A DNA stretch of 63,799 bases, counting the filler, from Octopus bimaculoides (lineage: Eukaryota): assembly GCF_001194135.2 (NCBI RefSeq). It is 5 parts of 4 records of this genome, joined end to end, with 100 filler letters (N's around TTAATTAATTAA, not from the genome) between each part and the next. Parts side by side here need not be neighbours in the genome. Positions count along the whole stretch, not along the records: positions 12,770 to 25,432 come from NC_068988.1; positions 25,533 to 42,305 come from NC_068983.1; 3 more parts are not named here. One strand, 5' to 3'. The translations under genes were made by a program, and so were the position numbers. Shown piece by piece: positions 23,400 to 37,142 of this stretch; the stretch's first letter is position 1, and every line of letters begins with the position of its first letter. The notes beneath the pieces are model-generated. The model searched no databases and was not told where the DNA came from. It saw nothing but the letters and a program-made list of their open reading frames with translations.

Positions 23400-24480
23400 T
23401 AATCATGACATCAAAATTTATTGATATTTATGTTGAGTACCTCTCCGTCTCAATCTCATGCTCGTCTGTCCTATATGGTGATGTCCAGAGCCAGAGCCCA
23501 AGCAGGTTATTACATAAATTAGATTCTAAGAGGCAGAAGTGAAGTTGGTTTTAATTGTGAACCTCTCTCTTTGTTTGAAAACGAACTCCGAGCTTTCAAG
23601 TAGGTTGGGACATGTTCCAAAGTTTGGGCGTTCACATTTTTTAACCGTTGGTTTCGTAGTTGTTGTGTAAAGCTTGGCATTTTTTTCAGAATTCTCTTTA
23701 GCGATTTGTGTTGCTTTTTGCGTTTGATGAATTTATGTGCTTTCAGGATGTTGTTCCTTTTTCGGTCTCTAGTCAGTATGCCTCATTGTTTCTAGGGTCG
23801 TGAGTTGATATATACAATAGTGTTTCAAGATGTGGTTTGGTGTTATGTTCTGTTGTCTTTAGTGTTTTATGTCTAATGTCTTGCCACCCTTAATCCCATC
23901 CTCTATAAGCGAGTGTAGATATTGTCATTCAGTTAGTGTTGTTCTGAGGTCTTGAAGACGAATGTCCCGAGTAGTTCTATCAGACTGTTTTGCAAATCAT
24001 TTTTGCCAAATTAAAGAGGTTATTCATTTTTTATGTTTTTCGGGTAGCATGAGCTAAAAAGGAGATATTGCTTCGAGTCTGTTAGTTTATGATAAATGTC
24101 AGTTATAATTTGGTTGTTGAATGTTTTTATCAAACATCCAAAAATGGGAGTTGTTCTGTTGTGAGTTGAATATTATTGTTTATATCATTTAGGTTTGATT
24201 TGAATTCCAAAAGTTTATCAATGGTCTACTTCCAAATAATAAGACAGTCATCTAGGTAACTTTTCTGGTTTTCTCTTATGTAATAGTGAAATGGATAACC
24301 ATATTTTTGAAGTGACACTTCATATATGGTGAATTTACAATAACCCATTATCATGTTCGCAAGAATCGGGACTGCGTTCCTTCCCTCGCAATTCCGCATT
24401 TTTGATGATAGTAGGTGTCATCAAATAAGAAATTTTAAGGATTGAAGGCAAATACATAAATATCCAAGCCCATTAAAATT
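23400..24480 (-). mobile_element. Degenerate Penelope-like retroelement (RT C-terminal part and GIY-YIG endonuclease)
   Basis: Minus strand with stops and frameshifts: FLFDDTYYHQKCGIA, YLDD (24247-24258), QLPFLDV, ITDIYHKLTDSKQYLLFSSC, then NLIYVITC (23502-23525)...IGQT (23463-23474). Confidence 0.85.
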
Positions 24481-24794
24481 ATATCCAAATCTGATCATAA
24501 CTTAAAGGATTGTTCTTACGGAACCACCAGTGTATTAACGTAAGTAAGATGGTAATTTATGAGAAGCTGGAGGGTCAAAGAAAGAAACGGATAATATATT
24601 CGTGATCTACACATATAATACACCTAGAAAAATTTATTCTAATTTCCGTTTCTGTTTTTTCATTGTTATACAATGTTATCAGGAGTGTTCTAAGCACTTG
24701 AAAGACTACTGACATGTGGATACTTAAGGTTACATGTTGTAATCCGCTACCCTCATAAATCCTAAAAGGAATATGACCGAATCTGATTCAAACC

Positions 24795-24831
<37 letters not shown>

Positions 24832-24849
24832 GTAATAATAATAATAATA

Positions 24850-25380
24850 AAACACACGCTAGAAAAGGTCACAGAAAACGAGAAAGCAACCGTACTCTGG
24901 GATATGCCAATACACGCAGATAGAGAAATTAAGGCCAATAGACCAGGTAAGGTATAGTTGTCAAAGATCATGAAGAAAAAAAATGCTTTCTAGTTGATGT
25001 ATCAATACCAGAAGATGACAACTTTTCCCTAAAAGAAATGGAGAAATTTTCAAAATACAAAGACCTGCAAATAGAGGTAACTCGAATGTGGAATCTAAAA
25101 ACAGAAACAATTCCTAACATAGTAGGTGCCTTAGGTATAATAAAAAAATATTGAGACAAATACGTAACAAAAACACCAGGACTTACAAATATATATAACA
25201 TACAGAAAATTGTACTACTGGGTACTGCACACATCCTACGCAAAACACTTTCAATACAGTAACCATAAGAGCATCACAGCAAACCACAGCACATACGCAA
25301 GGCACACAGAGCTGCACTCGGTAGTGAAGTGAAAGCACGTTATAAAAATTAAACTACTGAATAATAATAATAATAATAAT
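24850..25380 (+). mobile_element. R4/Dong-type non-LTR retrotransposon 3' end (RLE domain and 3' UTR) flanked by (AAT)n
   Basis: Translation KVTENEKATVLWDMPIHADREIKANRP...KKCFLVDVSIP...KYKDL...VGALG...LLGTAHILRK. (AAT)n lies at 24796-24850 and 25360-25380. Confidence 0.88.
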
Positions 25381-25432
25381 TTCAATTGTGAGTGAAAATG
25401 CCAAACGAAATAAATGACATTAATGGTATGAA

Positions 25433-25532
25433 NNNNNNNNNNNNNNNNNNNNNNNNNNNNNNNNNNNNNNNNNNNNTTAATTAATTAANNNNNNNNNNNN
25501 NNNNNNNNNNNNNNNNNNNNNNNNNNNNNNNN
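25433..25532. other. Artificial scaffold-join spacer
   Basis: 44 N + TTAATTAATTAA (25477-25488) + 44 N. Confidence 0.95.
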
Positions 25533-25978
25533 GAGTGACCACCCTAGTCGTTATTTCGCCTCAGTTCTTCTCCATTTGGAGGTCCGGACCGAACCAGACT
25601 CCGAGCAATTTAACCGGCCCGTCGGTCCAGCGTCCCACAGTGGAGACGCTGTTAGACGGCATGGGCTTGCTTCTCCAGGTGCAGAGCCGCAAGCCCACTG
25701 ACTTATCCCGGTTAATTTTTGCTCCCGTTACCGCTTCGTATTCTTTTAGTCTCTCGCCGACCAGCTCGATGTGCTTTTGGCTCGACACTATGACGGTGAC
25801 GTCGTCCGCGTATGCAGACACGCTCGTCCCACATCCCAGCTCCCGTGGGATGCCCCTCAGCTTCGCCAGCTTCCGCAGCAGAGGCTCAAGAGTCAATACA
25901 TACAGAAGGGCCGAGAGGGGGCATCCTTGACGAACCGAACGCATGATGCCGAAGGGTCTGGATAGATGACCATTTACA
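25533..25978 (-). mobile_element. Tx1/L1-clade LINE reverse transcriptase fragment
   Basis: Open frame with SVRQGCPLSALLYVLTLEPLL, AYADD, AKINRDKS and LLGVWFG. The segment is GC-rich, its 5'-truncated end abuts (GATA)n, and its 3' part is cut by a spacer. Confidence 0.9.
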
Positions 25979-25993
25979 AATAGATAGATAGAT

Positions 25994-26088
<95 letters not shown>
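25979..26088. repeat. (GATA)n microsatellite
   Basis: Seen directly. Similar arrays occur at 20110-20162, 33120-33258 and 38364-38402. Confidence 0.95.
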
Positions 26089-26089
<1 letters not shown>

Positions 26090-26646
26090 GTGTGTGTATA
26101 TATANNNNNNNNNNNNNNNNNNNNNNNNNNNNNNNNNNNNNNNNNNNNNNNNNNNNNNNNNNNNNNNNNNNNNNNNNNNNNNNNNNNNNNNNNNNNNNNN
26201 NNNNNNNNNNNNNNNNNNNNNNNNNNNNNNNNNNNNNNNNNNNNNNNNNNNNNNNNNNNNNNNNNNNNNNNNNNNNNNNNNNNNNNNNNNNNNNNNNNNN
26301 NNNNNNNNNNNNNNNNNNNNNNNNNNNNNNNNNNNNNNNNNNNNNNNNNNNNNNNNNNNNNNNNNNNNNNNNNNNNNNNNNNNNNNNNNNNNNNNNNNNN
26401 NNNNNNNNNNNNNNNNNNNNNNNNNNNNNNNNNNNNNNNNNNNNNNNNNNNNNNNNNNNNNNNNNNGCCAACACCTGTTCCAAGTTCTACGGCTGATATA
26501 TTCCCACCAACATCGCCGTCACACACGCGCCACTACCACTGCCACCGTATACTGTATGTGTGTGTGTGTGTCTGTGTCTGTATGTGTGCGTGTGTGTGTG
26601 AACGTTTCTTTATGTGCGTGTGTTCGTGATTTTTAAATATGGAACA

Positions 26647-26690
<44 letters not shown>

Positions 26691-26949
26691 ACTGAATGTG
26701 TGTGTCTGTGTGTGTATGTGAATGTGTGTGTATGTGAATGTGCGCATAAATGTGTGCTGTTGATAGTATATGTCTGTATCTGTATTAATGGGTTTGTGTA
26801 TGTGTATATATGTATATGCGTTGGTGTGTTTGTGTGTCTATATATATATATATGGGAGGGGGTGCCGGCGTATCAGCGTGGCGATATGTATCAGTATGTG
26901 TATACGTGAGTGTGTGTGTGTGTCTATGTTTGTGTTTCTGTGTATGTAT

Positions 26950-27043
26950 GTGTGTATGCGTGCGTCAACCACTTCCCTTTCTCCACCACATCCAGTACCA
27001 CTATATAAATACCATCACCACCACCAACAACAACTGCACCGCC

Positions 27044-27075
<32 letters not shown>

Positions 27076-28721
27076 CAATAACAACACCATCACTACCACC
27101 AGCGCCACCGCCATAAATGTGCCACCAACTGCAACACCGCTGCCATTTTAATATCGTCACAACATACAAAGAAACAATATCACAGCGACCCCACCACAAC
27201 CACCACCACAACCACCTCAGCATAACGGCCAACCACACCCTAACACAATCACACTAACACACACACACAAGCATATGCACACCAACGCCTACGTCACCAT
27301 TCCCACCGCCACTATCAATGCAGAACCATTCCCCTTCCCACAACCCCCGTCTACAGCTTAATCACTCACCTCCCCATCACGGACGCCGCCACCATTTTCA
27401 CCACTGTTAATTAAATCCTTACTTCCCCCTCTCCCACACGAATTAACAAGACCAACACACACACATACATGTACACATACACACATAACACTTGCACGCG
27501 CGCACACACACACACACGCATACACATACATGCACACGATAACGCCATTACTTTCAACTTCAACACATACATACTCACACAGACACACATATACACTCAT
27601 ATACACACACGCATACACAAACACGTCGGCACTAGCAGTCCTACGACATACACACGCACAAACACACACACACACAGACGTATACACCACCACCAATTGC
27701 TTACCTTCCCGATACTACAACCACACACACACACACACATACATACACATATATATATATTCACGGTGGTGCACCAGCATGACCGCAGCCACTTGGCTGA
27801 AACACATAAATAAATAAATAAATAAATACATACAAGCACACATATACGCCAGTTTTGCACTTCCACACACACGCACATACATACGCACACAGATACACGC
27901 GCGTACGCACATACCAACATTTGCACCTCCCCCACCAACCCCATCAACACCTATTGTTTCTTCATTCCCACTCCCACCCCCATCGCCAACCACAAACACT
28001 GAACACACACACACATAGCTACGCCACTACAAACAATTATTTCCACCTCCCCTACTCTCACACATCCATCAACCTAACGCCCTACATAGCGTCACACACA
28101 CACACACACACATATACAGACAGATACAACACATACGCACATAGATAAACACAGATACATACCATCACACACAGATTATGAGCGTAATACTAGAGACACA
28201 CACACACACACAGAGAAGCACACGCAGACACACACACGTACACATATACATACTGACGCATAACGCCACGACTGATGACCACATATGCCAGAACACACAT
28301 ACATACATACATACATATATATATATANNNNNNNNNNNNNNNNNNNNNNNNNNNNNNNNNNNNNNNNNNNNNNNNNNNNNNNNNNNNNNNNNNNNNNNNN
28401 NNNNNNNNNNNNNNNNNNNNNNNNNNNNNNNNNNNNNNNNNNNNNNNNNNNNNNNNNNNNNNNNNNNNNNNNNNNNNNNNNNNNNNNNNNNNNNNNNNNN
28501 NNNNNNNNNNNNNNNNNNNNNNNNNNNNNNNNNNNNNNNNNNNNNNNNNNNNNNNNNNNNNNNNNNNNNNNNNNNNNNNNNNNNNNNNNNNNNNNNNNNN
28601 NNNNNNNNNNNNNNNNNNNNNNNNNNNNNNNNNNNNNNNNNNNNNNNNNNNNNNNNNNNNNTATATATATATATATATGTCAATCACAAACACACACACG
28701 CACGTTAACGCAGACATATAC

Positions 28722-28756
<35 letters not shown>

Positions 28757-30200
28757 CAATTATAGGCATATTTCATCACATAGCAGCTACACGTACAGGC
28801 ACATACAAACACACACACTCACACATAACCACACACAAAACAATACAAGGACACACACACAGTCTGACAGACATATCACCACATTTACAACAGCCACACA
28901 TACAAGCATACACTAACACATATACACACGCGCGCGCAGACACAGACACAGACACACATCTCACATATACATGTCACTTATACACACGCAAACACACACA
29001 CATACACACATACACACGCGCGCACATATACGCCTTATGAATGTCTCCGTTATGTACCACTTGTTACTACATCCTAAACCATCACCACCACCACCACTAC
29101 CACAAAAAGCCCAACCTCAACCACTTCAACTGTGACCTATACCCTACCATGTACCACATACTAACGCATATACACTAGCGTGAACTAGGCGCAGTCGCCG
29201 CCGCCACCATCAAGTAATATAGTCACCACTGCCACCACCGTCACCATCATTATGTGGACACCGTCACCACCACCGCCATCGTCATAATACAATCACCGCC
29301 ACCGTCACCTTTATCTTTATTGCGCAGTCGTTGTCTTCCCCACTCCTGCCACCACCATTGTTGTTATGTACAAACATCATCCCCGCCATCGCCACCATTA
29401 TCTTTATAGTGCAGTCGACGTCACCACCGCTTCCTTCGCCATGATGTAACACAAGCATCGCGTTAGCCGCCGTCGCCCCTATCAACAGTACTATTACCAC
29501 CATCGCCACCACCTTCAAACAAACAGCAGCTTCACCACCACCCTCACCGCAATTCTCAATGTCATCACCACCATCGCCACCATGTAAATGCAACAATTGT
29601 CACCACCACCTCCACCACTACGTAATAATACCACAGCCCCAACGCCTCCCCCAGGATAAGTGTTACCTCCGTCAACAACTTCGCCACCATCACCAAGTGT
29701 ATTTTCGCCACCTCCGCCATCACATTGATACAACGCATTCGCCGTCACCGCCACCAACGAACGCAGAATGCAACTACCCCCTACCACCATCATTCCCTCA
29801 CCTGCCATTCGCATCAACACTACTTCTACCAGCCCCATTCCACTAATATCATCCCCTTCCGAGCACCACCGCCGCCACCAGCAACAATACAGTTATCTAC
29901 CACCACTACCACCACCATCACCATCACTGCCGCTAACATCTTCGTTACGACCATCTCACCGCCGCCAACAACAATGCAATCCCTACACATCCCCCTCTCA
30001 AGCTCCGCTACCACCATGAACACTATCACGACCACCGTCACCGCCCGAACTTCTCCCACCGCCACCATCACTATTACGACCACCACTGTCGCCGCCGTCG
30101 TCACCGCCACCACTACACACTACTCTCTCTGGTCATGGCCGCCATTAAACGCCAAGTCAAACTGTTTGGCTGACTGCCAGTCCTGCTCTTCACCCCCTCC
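26950..30200. repeat. Long cryptic simple-sequence domain: decayed (CAC/CAT/CCG/AAC)n mixed with (CA)n
   Basis: The plus strand is C/A-rich and G-poor with triplet periodicity. The ORFs in all frames are low-complexity. Confidence 0.8.
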
Positions 30201-32253
30201 CTTTGTTTGACATCTCACTCTCAGTCTCTCACGTTCGCTCGCTTTCTCTCTTACTGTCTTTCACCCTTTCTTTCTCCAAGCAATTGTCTTCACATTTAAC
30301 TCTTCTCCCCCCCCCCCGCTCTTTCTTCCTCTCCCCACTTCCCGCCGTTTCTCCCCGCTTCCTTCTTCCCCCCTCTCTCTCACACTATAAATATATATTT
30401 ATGTATATCTAAATACACACACATACTTATATACACATCTTCAAGCTTATATATAAATATACATAAATGAATATGTATATATATAAATGTGTGTGTATAT
30501 ATATATATATATGTATGTATACACAAACGGTCATGCGAACGTACAGCTTACAAAACATATGCAGATACACCGATGCACACACAAGCAGAAACACACACAC
30601 ACACAAACATATATAATATGCATACACGCATACATTTATATAAATGTATATAAATATATATATAAATATAGAGATAAAAGTATATATATATATATATATT
30701 TATATATATGCCTTTACATAGATACATATGTACACATATTTAACGAAATAACTTCACACACACACATACACGTGTCAAGACACACATACATAGATATACA
30801 TATATATATTTATGTGAATGTCACAGCCCCCGTCACCACCACCTCCACCGCCGTGAGATAATATTATGTATGTATATGTATGTATCATGTTTACATAAAT
30901 ATATTTATATATATATATGTATATAAATAAAATAAAGTATATATATATATATATATATGTATATACACACACACAAACATACATATATATACGTGGACAC
31001 GCTCGAGCAAACACATACGTACATATGCAGGTATAAACACGTATACATAGATACACACATATATATATGTGTGAGATAGAGAGAATGTATGTATGTGTGT
31101 GCGTGTGTGTGCCAGAACGTGTTGTATATAGGTAAGATAATTGTATATATATATATATACAATTACCTATATACAACACGTTCTGGCACACACACACAGA
31201 CACTGGACGTACACATTCAGACACACAGATAAACACACTAAACACACACACATAGATTCATATACATAACAGAATAACACACACAATGACAATGACATAT
31301 GTACACATACATAAATACATACGAAACAATATAGAGACACACACATACGGACGTTTCAACATACATACATACATACATACATACATACATACATACATAC
31401 ATACATACATACATGCACTTACAGATAGAAACACATATGAATATATACACACACAGATACACTCATTCACACACAAATTATTGACATAAACATACACACA
31501 GCCAAACACAAGCATACCAATACACACACAGATACATACATAAACACATACACACACACATTCACACTGTCAAGAATCAAACACACATTCGTACATACAT
31601 ACATACATAAATACATACATATACGTACGTACATGTAGACAGACGGACACATTTACTACATAGACACGTACGCATTTACATCCATAAACACACACACACT
31701 CATATACATACATAAACAGGCTCTCATACACACAGATAAAACACACATACTCAAGCAGACACACATTCTTAAAAACTCACATATACGCATACATACATGA
31801 ACATACACACACATACAATAACTCGCATAGTCCCTGCCTCTCACACACACACACACACATTAACACACACAGTCTCCGCCTCACACACACACATACACAC
31901 ACACACACACCGTACGTGTTCTGCCATCGTTGTCTGTCGATTCTTCCATTGCTGTTATGTAGTACAGATAGCAATTAACTTTCTTAGTAGCAGGCCTCCT
32001 TAAGAAATATATACGTTACAATATACCGACAGCTCGGTTCACCACTGTTATCACATGTACACACATAGAGATTCACATATACATATAATATATAAAATAT
32101 ACGTGTATATACGTATATGTATATATATATCTGTGCATATGTATATAGATATGTATATCTGTATATTTATATATGTATACACATATAAACATATATATAT
32201 ATATATATATATATGTAAATATATATATATATGTATATATGTAAATATATATT

Positions 32254-32291
<38 letters not shown>

Positions 32292-32818
32292 TGCATATGT
32301 ATAGCTGTATATTTATAAATATGTATACTGTATATATGCAAATATGTGTGTGTATATATATATATATATCAGTGCATATGTATATACATATGTATATCTG
32401 TATATTTATAAATATGTATACATANNNNNNNNNNNNNNNNNNNNNNNNNNNNNNNNNNNNNNNNNNNNNNNNNNNNNNNNNNNNNNNNNNNNNNNNNNNN
32501 NNNNNNNNNNNNNNNNNNNNNNNNNNNNNNNNNNNNNNNNNNNNNNNNNNNNNNNNNNNNNNNNNNNNNNNNNNNNNNNNNNNNNNNNNNNNNNNNNNNN
32601 NNNNNNNNNNNNNNNNNNNNNNNNNNNNNNNNNNNNNNNNNNNNNNNNNNNNNNNNNNNNNNNNNNNNNNNNNNNNNNNNNNNNNNNNNNNNNNNNNNNN
32701 NNNNNNNNNNNNNNNNNNNNNNNNNNNNNNNNNNNNNNNNNNNNNNNNNNNNNNNNNNNNNNNNNNNNNNNNNNNNNNNNNNNNNNNNNNNNNNNNNNNN
32801 NNNNNNNNNNNNNNNNNN

Positions 32819-32849
<31 letters not shown>

Positions 32850-32954
32850 GTGTGTATACTACGCTGCTTTACACATGTCTACTTCATCTCTCCCCGCTAT
32901 CATTTAACTAGTATTTATGTATCTCTCATTTACTCATCATCTTTCTTGCTACCA

Positions 32955-33019
<65 letters not shown>

Positions 33020-33118
33020 ACTATCTATCTAACCTCTCTCTCGCTCTCTGTATCTCTCTCTAATATTCTCAAATAACCTGTATTATGTATCTCTCACACA
33101 CAATCTCCCTTTAACTTT

Positions 33119-33244
<126 letters not shown>

Positions 33245-33935
33245 TTATCTATCTATCTNNNNNNNNNNNNNNNNNNNNNNNNNNNNNNNNNNNNNNNNNN
33301 NNNNNNNNNNNNNNNNNNNNNNNNNNNNNNNNNNNNNNNNNNNNNNNNNNNNNNNNNNNNNNNNNNNNNNNNNNNNNNNNNNNNNNNNNNNNNNNNNNNN
33401 NNNNNNNNNNNNNNNNNNNNNNNNNNNNNNNNNNNNNNNNNNNNNNNNNNNNNNNNNNNNNNNNNNNNNNNNNNNNNNNNNNNNNNNNNNNNNNNNNNNN
33501 NNNNNNNNNNNNNNNNNNNNNNNNNNNNNNNNNNNNNNNNNNNNNNNNNNNNNNNNNNNNNNNNNNNNNNNNNNNNNNNNNNNNNNNNNNNNNNNNNNNN
33601 NNNNNNNNNNNNNNNNNNNNNNNNNNNNNNNNNNNNNNNNNNNNNNNNNNNNNNNNNNNNNNNNNNNNNNNNNNNNNNNNNNNNNNNNNNNNNNNNNNNN
33701 NNNNNNNNNNNNNNNNNNNNNNNNNNNNNNNNNNNNNNNNNNNNNNNNNNNNNNNNNNNNNNNNNNNNNNNNNNNNNNNNNNNNNNNNNNNNNNNNNNNN
33801 NNNNNNNNNNNNNNNNNNNNNNNNNNNNNNNNNNNNNNNNNNNNNNNNNNNNNNNNNNNNNNNNNNNNNNNNNNNNNNNNNNNNNNNNNNNNNNNNNNNN
33901 NNNNNNNNNNNNNNNNNNNNNNNNNNNNNNNNNNN

Positions 33936-34002
<67 letters not shown>

Positions 34003-34294
34003 ATTTACATACACACGCAGAGAAACAGCAACTCACAAAGGCGCACACAAATTGAAATGAACTTCAGGGAGCATTCTGAATGTGTGAGGTTTGGCTCGTG
34101 TGCGTGTGTGTGCATGTACGTGTGTGTGCGTGTGTGTATATGTGTGCGTGTGTGTGCGTACATGTGTGTGTGTGCGTGTGTGTGTGCGTGTATGTGTGTG
34201 TATTTATTGTTGTAGATACCCGTAAGAAAAAATAACAGAAAAGTTAATAAAAAAGAAAATCAAGCAGTAACACAGTCGTGCTTTTAATATAACC

Positions 34295-34627
34295 TTTATT
34301 CCTTTATTTTTGTACTTGTTTCAGTCCTCTGACTGCGGCCATGCTGGAGCATCGCTCTTTAGTCGAGCAAATCGAACCCAGGACTTATTCTCTGAAAGCC
34401 CTAGTACTTATTCTATCGGGCCCTTTTTGCCGAACTGCTAAGTTAGGGGGACGTAAACACACTAGCATCGGTTATCAAGCGATGGTGGGAGGGGGACAAA
34501 CACAGACACACACACACACATTGATATATATATATATATACACTTGCTTAAGATACTTCGTAGCGGGACTGAACCCGGAACCATGTGGTTGGGAAGCAAG
34601 CTTCTTACCACAAACCCACTCCTGCGC

Positions 34628-34629
<2 letters not shown>
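34295..34629 (-). mobile_element. SINE family A with an internal deletion of the core
   Basis: Head CCACTCCTGCGCCT and tail CGGCCATGCTGGAGC match other copies. Confidence 0.85.
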
Positions 34630-34667
<38 letters not shown>

Positions 34668-34924
34668 ATATACATATTCATACACATATGTGTATATTTA
34701 CAAGTATATATAGCATTAAATTGGAATGATTCGTTACTGGTGGCCATATGTTTCTGTGTGAACCTTTAAAACCAAGGACGTATTTAGAATTTATGATAGA
34801 ATTTATTGTTAAAAATGGGCGAGACGATTTAAAAACAATGGTTTCCTAAATAATTATGACCGAATTTACAATTAACAGCGAGAATAAGGGAGGTGAACGA
34901 GAGAAAGACTAACTCTTCATCTCT

Positions 34925-36215
34925 TCAACAAGTTACAGCTGGAGAGCTGCGGCCATGTTGGGGAACCGCAGTTAGCTTTGCTGCACTTTCACTACTGGCA
35001 ACCTCGTCTGATATGCGGCATTTGGTGAAAGATCGACTTTGATGTTGCTGTCCTCGTCTGTTTTTGTTGCTATGAAGTAGGTTCATCCGGAACTCATGTG
35101 GAGGAGATCCAGTATATTTTTAAGATACCTACATCCACACCATGCAGATCTCTCGGGGGATTTTTTTTGGGGGGAGGGGAGAATACTGAGAAGTTATGGG
35201 CCCTTGAAACCCAAGCTGTTACAGTATCTGGTCCTCTGTCTTGATGACGATGTTTTGCTGTTTGTGTAAGTTTCAGTGCCAAGGGTTCGCCAGATGTATA
35301 TTACTGCATACCTTTCCCGCCTTTTTCAGCCTTTTCCAGTAGCTGACATGTTGCATTGAGACAATCTTCTTTGTGTAGCTTCGCTGGTTTGCTTCGAGTC
35401 TTGTCGTCAATTTTACACTGTAACGGTTATCTAAACGGCTGAGGGTAAATGTCCGCCAGGGGACCATCAGGTTTTCCTGTTCTCTCGTTCTGCATTTTAT
35501 TGCCAACTTATCCATATGCGCCTGGAAAGATGCATCATTACTCATGTCGATGCCCTAATCACGCATTGATCGATGCCCTGATCGATGTCCAGGTCGATGC
35601 CCAGATCACGCAATCCAAGGATGGCTATCTGAGCAGCTGAGAGCATGTCTGAGAGGGCTACTATGAATAGCAGTGCCCTCCAGACAGTAACCTATGGAAC
35701 AACATTCATTTTTTGTGTTTCCTTGGAGGTGGTCCCGTTGGCTACCGTTGGCCCCGTACTCATTCAAATGTACACATTCAAACACACAAAACACACACAG
35801 ACACATATACATAACAGAATAACACACAATGTCAAAGGCCACCACTATCTGACTTCTATCTTTTAGAAAGTCATGTAACCATTCTCTAAGGTTTTCCAAC
35901 TATGATTACGCAGTTTGTGACATATCACACCATGGTCGACTTTATCAGAGGCTTTTGCAAAGTCAAGATATATCAGATCGACACTTGAGTTGTTGAGTAA
36001 CTGCTTTAGCACACAGTCGTGCTGCGACAAAAGCTGTGTCGACCAGGTTCTACCAGGTCGAAAACCGTGCTGGGCGTCAGTCAGCAAGTCATCTCTTCAA
36101 GGAATGCAAATTGGTTTCCTTCGGTCGATTCGTTCCTTGACTTTGCTGATGCGTGGGTTCAGAGAGACAGGCTTTTAATTTTCAGCATCTACCCGGCTTC
36201 CTCTTTTATGGATAG
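34925..36215 (-). mobile_element. Degenerate CR1-clade LINE, 3' part (RT and 3' UTR)
   Basis: Minus strand KPVSL...LTDAQHGFRPGR...IYLDFAKASDKVDHG...DFLKDRSQIVVA, then ANGTTSK...LLFIVALSDM, RLEANQRSYTKKI...SYWKRLK, CNSLGFKGP and VPDEPT. It has stops, indels and an inserted CA-rich stretch. Confidence 0.88.
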
Positions 36216-36234
36216 GGTATAGAGAGCTTGTGGA

Positions 36235-36485
36235 GCCGCGACGCTTCGTGGCTAGGGTATCAGCATCATGATCGTAAGATTGTGGTTTCGATTCCTGGAC
36301 CGGGCGACGCGTTGTGTTCTTGAGCAAACCACTTCATTTCACGTTGCTCCAGTCCACTCAGCTGGCAAAAATGAGTAACGCTACGATGGACCGGCATCCC
36401 GTCCAGCTGGGGAACACATACGCCATTGAAACCGGGAAACCGGGCCCATGAGCCTGGCTAGGCTTTAAAAGGGCGCATTTATTAT
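36235..36485 (+). mobile_element. tRNA-derived SINE family D
   Basis: GGTTTCGATTCCTGGACC B box and GTGTTCTTGAGCAAACCACTT core; matches 10020-10165. Confidence 0.7.
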
Positions 36486-37062
36486 TTTTTTTTTTTATAG
36501 AGAGCTTATCACTTGCCACGAAGCTCTGAAAAAAAAAACTACAGGGATTTTGCAAGAGCTCGTTTGCATGATTTTAAGATTGCTGCGAATCCACCAGCAC
36601 CAGCAGCTGAGTCAACATCTACCTCATTTACGGCNNNNNNNNNNNNNNNNNNNNNNNNNNNNNNNNNNNNNNNNNNNNNNNNNNNNNNNNNNNNNNNNNN
36701 NNNNNNNNNNNNNNNNNNNNNNNNNNNNNNNNNNNNNNNNNNNNNNNNNNNNNNNNNNNNNNNNNNNNNNNNNNNNNNNNNNNNNNNNNNNNNNNNNNNN
36801 NNNNNNNNNNNNNNNNNNNNNNNNNNNNNNNNNNNNNNNNNNNNNNNNNNNNNNNNNNNNNNNNNNNNNNNNNNNNNNNNNNNNNNNNNNNNNNNNNNNN
36901 NNNNNNNNNNNNNNNNNNNNNNNNNNNNNNNNNNNNNNNNNNNNNNNNNNNNNNNNNNNNNNNNNNNNNNNNNNNNNNNNATAAAGCATATAACTAATAG
37001 TGACGTCACATCATAAAGAGCAGAACATAAGGTCATTTGTGACGAATCAACTAAATCTAACG

Positions 37063-37142
<80 letters not shown>

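Noticed and set aside
23380-23420. Hammerhead remnant at the end of the Penelope fragment (TTGATGT...GCGAAAGCGCAA on -)
   Set aside because: The core has several substitutions and there is no convincing stem I or II.
29725-30210. Thr/Pro-rich mucin-like ORF
   Set aside because: Overlapping low-complexity ORFs occur in most frames; it derives from cryptic (CAC)n, with no signal peptide or splice support.
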